DNA from: an uncultured Gemmatimonadales bacterium | Lineage (GTDB): Bacteria > Gemmatimonadota > Gemmatimonadetes > Longimicrobiales > Gaopeijiaceae | NCBI GenBank assembly: GCA_963823035.1 | Contig: CAWGKG010000018.1 | Coordinates: forward strand, 512,001-576,000 | DNA: 64,000 bases | Reading direction: 5' to 3' | Part shown: positions 45,595 to 54,932 of the stretch, in pieces | Position numbering within the stretch: position 1 is the stretch's first letter | Layout of the letters: every line of letters begins with the position of its first letter | The notes under the pieces: model-generated | Seen by the model: only the letters and a program-made list of their open reading frames with translations | Database searches by the model: none | What the model was told of the DNA's origin: nothing | Made by a program: the position numbers and the translations under genes

Positions 45595-45939
45595 ATGGGC
45601 GAGATCCTCAAGGCCTATCAGACGTTGAACAAGGTGCTGAACCTCGGTCTGACCAAGGAGCAGTTCCTCGCCGCGGAAGCGCAGTTCAAGCTCGACTTCG
45701 CCGACAGGGTGAAGTTCCCGGCGACGCTCCAGAAGGACCCGATGAGGCTCGCCGCCGATTGGGAATTCGCCGCGACGCTGACCCCGCGCCGCACGGCGCT
45801 CAGGTCGACGACCCGCCAGAGCCTGGCTCAGCTCACCGCGTCCGCACAGAAGCAGAGGGCCACCGCGGCGAAGGCCGCGACCACGAAGGCTGCGACGGTC
45901 GCCCGGACGATCTCGAAGACTCCAAAGAAAGCGACGTAG
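45595..45939 (+). CDS. 114-aa hypothetical protein with Ala/Lys/Thr-rich basic tail
   Basis: GAGGG RBS, MGEILKAYQTLNKVLNLG...ATAAKAATTKAATVARTISKTPKKAT, strongly coding-like codon usage, hairpin after the stop. Confidence 0.75.
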   Translation: MGEILKAYQTLNKVLNLGLTKEQFLAAEAQFKLDFADRVKFPATLQKDPMRLAADWEFAATLTPRRTALRSTTRQSLAQLTASAQKQRATAAKAATTKAATVARTISKTPKKAT

Positions 45940-46066
45940 CCCCGCGGCCTTCTGCTCAGGCCGACGCGAGCCCACCCCGACGGTCCCGGCGCCCACGGCC
46001 GCCGGGACCGTCTCGCTTTCGGAAACCGCCGAAGCACCTAGCAACACGCTCTTGGGAGAAAGCCCG

Positions 46067-47275
46067 ATGATCCAGCTCGGATCCTACGACCCCGACGTTT
46101 CCGACACGGATCGAGAGGCGTACGTCAAGGAGGTGGAGGCGGTCACGCGCGTGCCCCTGCGTGACGTCGAGAGCGGAAGCGACAAGCTGGTGTTCCAGCC
46201 ACGCGCGCCCGACGCCCGGCAACCCATGTCGGTCGCCTCCGTGCAGGAGGGCCTCGAGGCGGTCGGTCTCTTTCCGGGCGGCAAGGCCGACGGGATCTGC
46301 GGCTACCGCACCTTGTCGGCGGTGCGCCTCTTCCAGGAGTACGTGCGCTCCGTGGAGAAGCTCCCTTGCAGTCCCGATGGTCGCTTCGGACCCGCGTCGC
46401 AGGAGCATCTGACGCGGTGGTTGGAGGGCGGCGCACGGATCGAGTGGGCGCCCACCATCGAGGCGTGGCGGTCCGGCACCCTGGGTCCGACGGAGTACAC
46501 CCGGTGGCTCGCGCTGTTGGAACGGGTCAAGGCACGCTACCTCGCCCACCCCAATCGCATGCTGGAGATGGTAAACGCCTTCACCGGCGCCAGCGACACG
46601 AGGAAGGTCGCCGATTGGGACTTCACCTCGGCCGGGAACATCCACCTCGTCGGGATCCGGCGTAGCGAGGCGAGCGGCAAGTTCGACGACGTCTTCGTGC
46701 TGCTCATCAAGGGACTCGTCTTCAAGTTCCAGGGCTCCACGGAGCCCGGCGCCTCCGAGAACGAAGCCGGCACGCCCTTCCTGGTTCAGGGCCAGCACGA
46801 CTATCACTTCGGCTGGCACAGGAAGCGGTATCTCGCCCTCCGGCCGCAGAGGGACGGGGTGCTGGTGGTCCGCTCCAAGACCGACCTGCGCCTCGACGAG
46901 GGAGACCTGGACCATGGACTCGAAGCCAACGGGACCATCAACGTCCACTGGGGCGGCAGGGGGATGAAGGGCGACGTGAAGACGTGGTCGGAAGGGTGCC
47001 AGGTCATCAACGGTAGCGTCTACCTCAACGAGGCCGACGAGCTCATCGACTGCAGAGACTTCGCCGCCGTCAACCAAAGCGAGATCGCCGCCAACCCCGC
47101 GAAGACACGGGGCGCCTACAACGTGCTCCTCGACCTGGTGACGGCGTTGGGCAGCGACCTGCCCGCCCATGGCGTGCGGTACACGCTGCTCACGGAGCAG
47201 GACCTGGAGTTGGACCCGGCGCTCGGGCAGGGGCTCACGGACGCCCGCGCCAAGGTGGGGAGGTTCCTCGGCTGA
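46067..47275 (+). CDS. Peptidoglycan-binding-domain protein with lysin/L,D-transpeptidase-like C-terminal domain
   Basis: PG_binding_1 pattern ADGICGYRTLSAVRLFQ..PDGRFGPAS; C-terminal LVGIR, FDD, TEPG, INVHWGG...WSEGCQV (His...SxGC). No signal peptide. Confidence 0.72.
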   Translation: MIQLGSYDPDVSDTDREAYVKEVEAVTRVPLRDVESGSDKLVFQPRAPDARQPMSVASVQEGLEAVGLFPGGKADGICGYRTLSAVRLFQEYVRSVEKLPCSPDGRFGPASQEHLTRWLEGGARIEWAPTIEAWRSGTLGPTEYTRWLALLERVKARYLAHPNRMLEMVNAFTGASDTRKVADWDFTSAGNIHLVGIRRSEASGKFDDVFVLLIKGLVFKFQGSTEPGASENEAGTPFLVQGQHDYHFGWHRKRYLALRPQRDGVLVVRSKTDLRLDEGDLDHGLEANGTINVHWGGRGMKGDVKTWSEGCQVINGSVYLNEADELIDCRDFAAVNQSEIAANPAKTRGAYNVLLDLVTALGSDLPAHGVRYTLLTEQDLELDPALGQGLTDARAKVGRFLG

Positions 47276-47295
47276 CGCCGAGCGGGCTTCGGGCC

Positions 47296-48150
47296 ATGCG
47301 AGCCATCCTGCGCTTCGTCCTGTTCCTGCTGCGCACCGTCGTGCTGGTGGCGGCCCTCGCGCTCGGGTTCGTCGGCGCGAACGGACTGGCCGTCGAGCGC
47401 GTGGGGGCCCCCGCCGCGGCGGTGCTCGCCGGCTCCGGAGTGCTCCTGATCGTGTGGTGGAAGCTCCGCCGGAGGGCGGTTACGAAGGGCGCGCCCGTGG
47501 TTCCAGCAACCATCGTGCGCATCTGGCAGGATCCACCCGCGGGCGCGCCGGGGATCTATTGGACCTGGGTCCTCTTCGATGCACGCGGTGAGCGCGCACG
47601 CGTCCGTCTGACCAAGTCTCAGGCGCGCCACTTCCTGCGCCATCACGGCCCCGGGGACGTGGGGCGCGTCGCGTGGAGGGGAGCGAAGCTTCTGCGGTGG
47701 CAGCCCGCCACCGCCGACTCACCCGCACGTCGCACCCCGGTATCCGCGTTCATCTCGTATGAACGCTCCTGGAGCGACGACGCCCGGTACGTCGCGCAGT
47801 TCCTGCGCAGCCGGGGTATCGATGCCTGGATCGACAGCGAGGAGTTGCAGGCCGGCGACGAGCTCGCGAAGGGGGTGGCGGAGGCCATCGCCCGCGCCGA
47901 CGTGTTCGTCCCCCTGCTGTCGCGCACGTACTGGACGTCCGCGTGGTGCCTGCGGGAGCTGGAGGTCGCCCGCAAGAAGGGCGTGGTCATCCGGCCCGTC
48001 AAGGTCGAAGAGGGCAGGCTCGTGCCCCCACCCCACATGCGCGAGACCGCCACCACGATCCTCGATCAGGCGGTCTACGTCGACCTGCGCGGCCGCGACC
48101 CCATCACCCAGCTCGACGACCTCGCGACCTCGCTCGCCGGCGGCCGTTGA
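47296..48150 (+). CDS. Membrane-anchored TIR-domain protein (2 TM + small beta domain + TIR)
   Basis: AFISY, AWID, AIARADVFVPLLS..YWTSAWCLRELEVA, with the TIR catalytic Glu present. 20 bp after the upstream gene. Confidence 0.88.
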   Translation: MRAILRFVLFLLRTVVLVAALALGFVGANGLAVERVGAPAAAVLAGSGVLLIVWWKLRRRAVTKGAPVVPATIVRIWQDPPAGAPGIYWTWVLFDARGERARVRLTKSQARHFLRHHGPGDVGRVAWRGAKLLRWQPATADSPARRTPVSAFISYERSWSDDARYVAQFLRSRGIDAWIDSEELQAGDELAKGVAEAIARADVFVPLLSRTYWTSAWCLRELEVARKKGVVIRPVKVEEGRLVPPPHMRETATTILDQAVYVDLRGRDPITQLDDLATSLAGGR

Positions 48151-48341
48151 GGCGGTGGGTGGAGGTCACGCCCATGTGACCCTTCCCGCTGTCACCGGAT
48201 CGAGATCCGCTCCAGTTCGTGTGTCGGACTGCCGTGCACCGGTACGCGCAGGCTGACGCATTCCTCGACGGTCTCTCCGACGAGGGGGGTTCGCCCCCCA
48301 CAGGGAGTGCACCCGCTTCGGGGGCGTGCCCGCCCGTCAGG

Positions 48342-49133
48342 CTACAAGTCGTCCTCGTATCCGAGGAACGGCACCCACGGAGCATGCTCCATCGCGACCA
48401 TCGTCGAGTAGGTATGAAGCATGCTGAAATTGGCGCAGCGGACGGAGAACCACTGGATGGCTTGGTTCTGCAGGAGCTCGTCGTTGATCTCGTCGAGCAT
48501 GACCACGCTGCTCTTCTTCTCGGAGTGAATCACCTCAACCGCACGGACCTGGTCGTCCTCGGTGAGATAGGAGTACATCGGGAACAGCGCGTGACGATCG
48601 ACCACGTCCACGAGGTATTCGGGAAAGATGTCGGTCTCCGATTGGACTTCGACTCTCACCTTGCTCAACTGACCGAAGAGTCGTTTCGCCGCACCCGGAG
48701 ACGAGCCCGGCAAAGTGGTGATAACCGGGATCTCCATCACGAACAGGATCTTCGGAACGGAATCGAGGGACGGGGACCTCACGGAGTACGTGCACATGTA
48801 CCGAACGAGACACGTCTCCTTCGATGCCGGTGTGGTCTTCGTGACGAAGAAGGGGTAGGCAAAGTCGATCTTCACCTCACTCGCACCGAACTCCTCGCGG
48901 TAGTCGAGAACATTCCTGGTGAGGGACGCAGTCCCGAGGCTGTCCCGATGGCGGTGGAGAATCTGGACCAGCCTATCGATCCACCGGGCCTCGAACTCCT
49001 GGGAGATCCTCGCCGCTATGGAAATGCTCGCAACGGTAGGCTGACCCGCAGGATCGTCTCTCGACAACACCCTCATCGGATAGGGGAAGTCGGCCATCCC
49101 CACGTCGATGACAAATCGCTTCTCTTTCGACAT
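48342..49133 (-). CDS. FolE2/MptA (GTP cyclohydrolase IB)-like protein, degenerate active site
   Basis: IDVGM..FPYP, DFAYPFFVTKTTPAS, IPVITT, YSYL..DDQ follow the FolE2 layout, but TSLCPCS, HNQR and ESIH are replaced. Lower GC than the flanks. Confidence 0.7.
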   Translation of the reverse strand: MSKEKRFVIDVGMADFPYPMRVLSRDDPAGQPTVASISIAARISQEFEARWIDRLVQILHRHRDSLGTASLTRNVLDYREEFGASEVKIDFAYPFFVTKTTPASKETCLVRYMCTYSVRSPSLDSVPKILFVMEIPVITTLPGSSPGAAKRLFGQLSKVRVEVQSETDIFPEYLVDVVDRHALFPMYSYLTEDDQVRAVEVIHSEKKSSVVMLDEINDELLQNQAIQWFSVRCANFSMLHTYSTMVAMEHAPWVPFLGYEDDL

Positions 49134-49462
49134 CTCAGGAAAGTCTCCGTTGACATGGAACTCCCCGATCCCTCGACCAGGACGGCATCTCGGAACCTGA
49201 GGCCATCGTTTCGCAGCACGGCACTACGCGCGAGGAAACCGCGTCATGCAAAATCTGGCGGAACGAAGTCCGGATACAATGGGTGGGGTTCCCGACGCCC
49301 CGGCCTCAACCGCCCTGTTCCAAGACCCAGCCGACGCTCGAGCTGCCTGGCAAACGCAGCGGCTCAGGAGCCCGCCCAGCCTCTTCTGACGGACGACGGA
49401 TCCCTCGCCGAGAGGGACCATTCGGTCCAGGCCTCCGGATCGGGGCGCGCTGCGGGGCAATC

Positions 49463-49582
49463 GCTGCGCCCACCGGGCGCCAGCCGCAATCGCCGACAGG
49501 CTCTATGCTGCGGGCTCCGCCCGCAGGATCATCCCTCCACCTGACCGCGTTGATCATGTCGAAGATCGGCAGGTACATCGCC
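49463..49582. repeat. Copy 1 of a ~120-bp imperfect direct repeat (pilC 3' end plus downstream hairpins)
   Basis: 49544-49582 is identical to 49949-49987 (39 bp), and the adjacent ~80 bp is similar to 49869-49948. Confidence 0.9.
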
Positions 49583-49868
49583 GCCGTCCGTCCCCGTCGC
49601 CAGCCAGGCACGCAAGCGGCCCTCCATCTCCCATCGTCCGTAGGTCCCCACCCTGACGATTCGAGACACAACCGCGAAGCGGAGCGTCTCGACCCCCCGG
49701 ATGGCCGAGGCCCTCGGCAGGGGGCACGCCCCCGGGGCAATCGGTGGGGCGCAGCGCGCAAGGGTGGAGACGCGAGCCGCGAAGATGCGCCCCACCGCTT
49801 AGCGAGCGCGCAAACGAAAGCCCCCGGAACCGCGAGCGGCCCCGGGGGCACGTGAAGGAGGCGATTCG

Positions 49869-49987
49869 GCTGCGCCCCCAAGGGCGCAGCCGCAATCGCC
49901 GACGGGGCTATGCTGCGGGCTCCGCCCGCAGCATCAGCCCCCTACTTCACCGCGTTGATCATGTCGAAGATCGGCAGGTACATCGCC
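49869..49987. repeat. Copy 2 of the direct repeat, including the pilC terminator-like hairpins
   Basis: Hairpins GGCTGCGCCC-ccaa-GGGCGCAGCC and TGCTGCGGGC-tcc-GCCCGCAGCA plus the last codons of pilC. Confidence 0.9.
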
Positions 49988-51144
49988 ACGATCATCCCAC
50001 CGACCACCACGCCCAGCACCACGATCATGATGGGCTCCATGGCGCTCAGCAGGGTCTCGACGGCGGCGTCCACCTCTTCGTCGTAGAAGTCGGCGATCTT
50101 CGTGAGCATCTCGTCGAGCCCACCGGTCTGCTCGCCGACGTTGATCATCTGCACGACCATCGGCGGGAACACGCCCGACTCCTTCAGCGGGCCGGCGATC
50201 GTCTCACCGCCCGCGATCGAGGCGCGCGATCCCATGACCGCGTCGTGGATCACGCGGTTGCCCGCGGTCTTGGCGGTGATCTCGAGCCCTTCCAGGATGG
50301 ACACGCCGGACGAGACGAGCGTGCCGAGCGTGCGCGTGAAGCGCGCCACGGCGGCCTTGCGCTGCAGGTCGCCGAGGATGGGCAGGCTGAGCATGATGCG
50401 GTCGATCAGCAGCTCGCCCTGGTCGGTCTTGTAGAACTGCCGGGTGATGAAGAAGATGGCCGTGAGCCCGACCGCGACGGCCCACCAGTAGCCCTGCAGG
50501 AAGGCGCTCATCCCGATCACGATGCGCGTCGGCAACGGCAAGGGGATGCCGGCCGAGTCGAACATGCTCTGGAACGTCGGGATCACGAAGATGAGCAGGA
50601 TCACGATCGCCGACCCGGCCACCGAGAAGATCACGGCGGGGTAGACCATCGCGCCCTTGATCTTCCGGAGGAGGGCGTCGTTCTTCTCGAGGAACGTCGC
50701 CAGGCGCAGCAGGATCGTGTCCAGGATACCGCCGGCCTCACCGGCCGCGACCATGTTCACGAAGAGCTCGGTGAAGATCTTGGGGTGCTTGCCCATCGCG
50801 TCGGCGAGCGTGTGCCCGGACTCGACGTCGTAGAGCACGTCCTGGATGGTCTTGCGCAGCGCCGTGTTCTCGGTCTGCTCGGCCAGGATGTCCAGGCTCT
50901 GCACCAGCGGCAGCCCGGAGTTGATCATCGTCGCGAACTGTCGGGTGAAGATGACGACGTCGCGCGTCTTCACCCCCGTCCCGAACGTGATGTTGAATTC
51001 CCTGGATTTCTCCCGGACCGAGACCGGGATCATCTTCTGCCTGTGTAGATAGGCGAGGACGTCGTCCTTGGAGGCGAGCTCGATCTCGCCGGACTGGATG
51101 TCTCCGCCGGTGGCGGGTCTCGCCGAATATGCGAAGGTGGGCAT
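49942..51144 (-). CDS. pilC: Type IV pilus platform protein (PilC/GspF)
   Basis: FTRQFATMINSGLPL, AGEAGGILD, GAMVYP, GEQTGGLDEML, AMYLPIF. Confidence 0.97.
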   Translation of the reverse strand: MPTFAYSARPATGGDIQSGEIELASKDDVLAYLHRQKMIPVSVREKSREFNITFGTGVKTRDVVIFTRQFATMINSGLPLVQSLDILAEQTENTALRKTIQDVLYDVESGHTLADAMGKHPKIFTELFVNMVAAGEAGGILDTILLRLATFLEKNDALLRKIKGAMVYPAVIFSVAGSAIVILLIFVIPTFQSMFDSAGIPLPLPTRIVIGMSAFLQGYWWAVAVGLTAIFFITRQFYKTDQGELLIDRIMLSLPILGDLQRKAAVARFTRTLGTLVSSGVSILEGLEITAKTAGNRVIHDAVMGSRASIAGGETIAGPLKESGVFPPMVVQMINVGEQTGGLDEMLTKIADFYDEEVDAAVETLLSAMEPIMIVVLGVVVGGMIVAMYLPIFDMINAVK

Positions 51145-51176
51145 GTTCTCCTACCTGATGGCCTGCGTGGACGGCA

Positions 51177-52307
51177 TCACGACTGCATGGTCGAGGGTAC
51201 GGGCTCTCCAACCGCACGCAGCAGCTCGGCGGGATCGCCCGAGCGCTTGAGCGCTTCCTCCAACGCCACTTCTCCCCTTATGTAGAGCATCTGGAGCGCG
51301 TCGTTCATCGTCTGCATGCCGTGCTTCTTGCCGGCCTGCATGAGCGAGTAGATCTGGTGGATCTTCTCGTCGCGGATGACCGCGCGGATCGCCGGGGTGC
51401 AGATCATGATCTCGCACGCGGCGACACGCCCCTTCCCCTTCGCCCGGGGAAGCAGCGTCTGCGTGACCACGCCCTCGAGCACGAACGCGAGCTGAGCGCG
51501 GATCTGCGCCTGCTGGTGCGCCGGGAAGGCGTCGATCATGCGGTTGATGGACTCGGCCGCCGAGTTGGTGTGCAGCGTGGCGAACACGAGGTGTCCGGTC
51601 TCGGCGATCGTGAGCGCCGCGGAGATCGTCTCCAGATCCCGCATCTCGCCGATGAGGATGACGTCGGGGTCCTGCCGCAGCGCGTACTTGAGCGCCGCGC
51701 TGAAGCTCTTGGTGTCCGCCCCCACCTCCCGCTGGTTGATCATGCAGTTCTGGTGGCGGTGGATGAACTCGATGGGGTCCTCGATCGTGATGATGTGACC
51801 CTTCCGCTCTCGGTTCACCTTGTCGACCATGGCGGCGAGCGTGGTCGACTTCCCGGAACCGGTGGGTCCGGTCACGAGCACGAGGCCGCGGGGCCGGTCG
51901 GCGAGCTTGTTGATGATCGGCGGCAGGCCGAGCTGCTGGATCGAGATGATCTCGTAGGGGATCTGCCGGATGGCCATCGCCACGCAGCCGCGCTGCTTGT
52001 AGACGTTTCCCCGGAAGCGCGACAGGTTCTGGACGCCGAACGAGAAGTCGAGCTCGTCCTCCGTCTCGAAGCGCTTCTTCTGGTTCTCCGTCAGGATCGA
52101 GTACGCCAGGGACAACGTGTCCTTGGGCGTGAGCACGTGGTTGATCCGGGAGCTCGTCAGGTCCCCGTCCACACGCAGCTTCGGCGGGTTACCGACGGTG
52201 ATGTGGAGATCGGACGCCCCGCGCTGGATCATCTCCTGGAGAAGAAGCCTGAGACTGAGCTCCTGCTGCTGCTGCGGCTGACCAGTCTGCCCGGCCGGCT
52301 GATTCAT
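51177..52307 (-). CDS. pilT: Type IV pilus retraction ATPase
   Basis: ASDLH, GPTGSGKSTT, TIEDPIE, LRQDPD, AETGHLV..TLH, AIRAVIRDEKIHQ, GMQTM. Confidence 0.97.
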   Translation of the reverse strand: MNQPAGQTGQPQQQQELSLRLLLQEMIQRGASDLHITVGNPPKLRVDGDLTSSRINHVLTPKDTLSLAYSILTENQKKRFETEDELDFSFGVQNLSRFRGNVYKQRGCVAMAIRQIPYEIISIQQLGLPPIINKLADRPRGLVLVTGPTGSGKSTTLAAMVDKVNRERKGHIITIEDPIEFIHRHQNCMINQREVGADTKSFSAALKYALRQDPDVILIGEMRDLETISAALTIAETGHLVFATLHTNSAAESINRMIDAFPAHQQAQIRAQLAFVLEGVVTQTLLPRAKGKGRVAACEIMICTPAIRAVIRDEKIHQIYSLMQAGKKHGMQTMNDALQMLYIRGEVALEEALKRSGDPAELLRAVGEPVPSTMQS

Positions 52308-52344
52308 TCAGCGTTCCCTGTTCAGAGGTTGGCCCGCGCCCCGC

Positions 52345-54068
52345 TCATTCGGCGACGCTGGTCTCCTTCACGACTTCGTCCAGCGTGGTCGAGCCCCGCT
52401 CCACCTTCTTCAAGCCGTCCTCGCGCAGGGTGAGCATCCCCTCCGAGCACGCGAGGTCCCGGATCTCGTCCGTGCTGGCTTCCCGCATGATCGCCTTGCG
52501 CAGCGCCGAGGTCATGATCATGACCTCGTAGAAGCCGGACCGACCCTTGTAGCCGGTGCCGCCACACGCGTCGCATCCCTTGCCCTTGTAGAACGTCTGC
52601 TTGTGCGCCCAGTCGAGCGAGATCTTCGCCGATTGGAGATACTCCTCCTCGTAGGTCGTCTCGACCTTGCAGTTGTTGCAGATGCGGCGAGCGAGCCGCT
52701 GCGCCGAGACGAGGTTGAGGGCGGAAGCGACGTTGAACGGCTCGAGCCCCATGTCGATGAGACGGGTCACGGTCGAGGGCGTGTCGTTCGTGTGCAGCGT
52801 GGACAACACGAGGTGGCCGGTGAGCGATGCCTTGATCGCGATGCCGCCCGTCTCGATGTCGCGGATCTCGCCGACCATGATGATGTTCGGGTCCTGGCGC
52901 AGGAACGCGCGCAGCGCGGCCGCGAAGGTCATCCCGATCTCGGTGCGGACGAGGACCTGGTTGATCCCGTAGATGTTGTACTCGACGGGGTCCTCGGCCG
53001 TCATGATGTTCGTGTCGATCGTGTTGATCTGCGACAGCGCCGAGTAGAGGGTGGTGGTCTTCCCGGAGCCGGTGGGTCCGGTCACGAGCACCATCCCGTA
53101 GGGCCGCTGGATGGCCCACATGAAGTCCCGCTCCGCCTTCGGCTCGAACCCGAACTTGGTCAGGTCGAAGGTGAGGTTCCCCTTGTCGAGAATCCGGAGC
53201 ACGATCTTCTCGCCGAAGATCACGGGCAGCGTGGAGACGCGGAAATCCACCACGCGCTTCTTCATCTTCAGCTTGATGCGCCCGTCCTGCGGCACGCGCC
53301 GCTCGGCGATGTTCAGGTCCGCCAGGATCTTGATGCGCGAGGTGAGCGCCGCCTTCATCTTCATCGGCGGCTTCATGACCTCCAGCAGCGAGCCGTCGAT
53401 CCGGTAGCGGATCCGCACCTCCTTCTCGTACGGCTCGATGTGGATGTCGGACGCGCCCTTCAACACGGCGTCCGTGAGCAGCCCGTTGATGAACTTCACC
53501 ACGGGGGCGGAGTCCACCTCCGCCTGGAGGGCCGCCATGGAGACGTCCTCGGCCTGCTCTTCGAGCACCTCCACGTCGGACTCGCCGAACTCCTCGAGGA
53601 GGTTGCTCATCGCCTCGTCCTCCGTCGCACCGTAGTAGTTCTCCAGGTGCTTGCGGAGGGTGTACTCGCCGACGATGACGGGCTCGATGTCGAGCTTGGT
53701 GATGAACTTCAGGTCGTCGATCGCGCTGAAGTCCGTCGGGTTGGTCATGGCCACCGTCAGCATCCGACCCATCCGACGGAGGGGCAAAACCAGATGTTTA
53801 TGGGCGACCTCGGCGAGCGATCAGCTTCAGGATCTTCTCGTCGACGGAAACCTTGTCGAGGTCGACGGCCGGGACGCGGTATTGCTTGGCCAGCATACGC
53901 GTCAGCTCCTCCTCCGCCACGAAGCCGAGCTTGACCAGCGCAGTACCCGATGCGCGTACCGCTGGTCTTGGCGTCGGCCAGGGCCTCCTGGAGCTGCTGG
54001 TCGGTGATGAGCCCTTCGCGAACGAAGAGATCCCCGAGCCGGATTTCCTGGGCGACCTTCGCTGACAT
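52345..54068 (-). CDS. pilB: Type IV pilus assembly ATPase, two frameshifts (~53815, ~53945)
   Basis: MshEN-like N-terminus RLGDLFVREGLIT..QL..AL, ASDIHIEP, PQDGRI, GPTGSGKTTT, LRQDPN, tetracysteine Zn motif. Confidence 0.95.
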
Positions 54069-54193
54069 CGACAACGCCGATCCTTCTGGGGAAGGGGAGC
54101 GGAGAGGTTCCTCGCCAATGTCAACGATACGGAAAGGCTCCCACGCCGTACAAGAGAACTTTTTCCAAAACTCCGCGCCACCCGCGGCCGGCC

Positions 54194-54878
54194 TCACCTC
54201 CCCACCGTCACATGCCCACCGAGTCGGGCGACGGTGGCCGGCCCGATTCCGCGCACGCGCGTGAGATCCTCGACCGACCGGAAGGGCCGCTCCCGCCTGG
54301 CCTCGACGATCCTGCGCGCCAGCGACGGACCGATGCCCGGCAGGGTCTGGAGGGCAGCCTCGTCGGCCCGATTGACGTCCACCGGCGCGGGCTCGGACGC
54401 TCGCTTGCGCGTCGTGGCCTCCGGCGGCGGCGCGTCGCCCGAGCGCCGGGCCGGCGCCCTCCGGGCAGGGCCCGCGCGGAGGGGCTCGGGAGAAGTCCAA
54501 CTGGCCCCGGATCCGCCCGAGCGCCGCCGGCCCGAGCCCCCGCACCCGCGCCAGATCCTCCGCCCGCGAGAAGGGCCCCTCCCGTTCCCGTGACGCTACG
54601 ATCGCGTCCGCCGTCGCCGGGCCGATGCCGGGAAGCCGGTCGAGCTGGGCGGCCGTCGCGCGGTTGGGATCGAGCCGCTCCCCCTTCCCGAGCGGGCGCG
54701 CCCGCTCCTCCGCGTCGGCCACCGCCACCCGGCTCCGCTCGAGAAGCTCGGGGAGGGCGTCCTCCGTGTCCGGTCCGAGGGGAGCCGCGCCCGCCGCCCG
54801 CCAGCCCCACCGCAGGGTGCTGGCCAGGAGGAGGAGGACGGCGGCGCGCCCGAGGGCGCGGGTCTCGGCGTCGGACAT
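54194..54878 (-). CDS. comEA: ComEA-like DNA-binding protein with two helix-hairpin-helix domains, one frameshift
   Basis: LDPNRATAAQLDRLPGIGP and VDVNRADEAALQTLPGIGP...VRGIGP; N-terminal TM helix. Confidence 0.85.
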
Positions 54879-54932
54879 GGAGGAAGCTCCCCCGCCCGGC
54901 GGGACCGCGGAATGCCCGGAAGGGCGATCGCG

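Noticed and set aside
49600..49940. CRISPR array or IS element in the hairpin-rich spacer
   Set aside because: No regularly spaced identical repeats, and no cas or transposase ORF.
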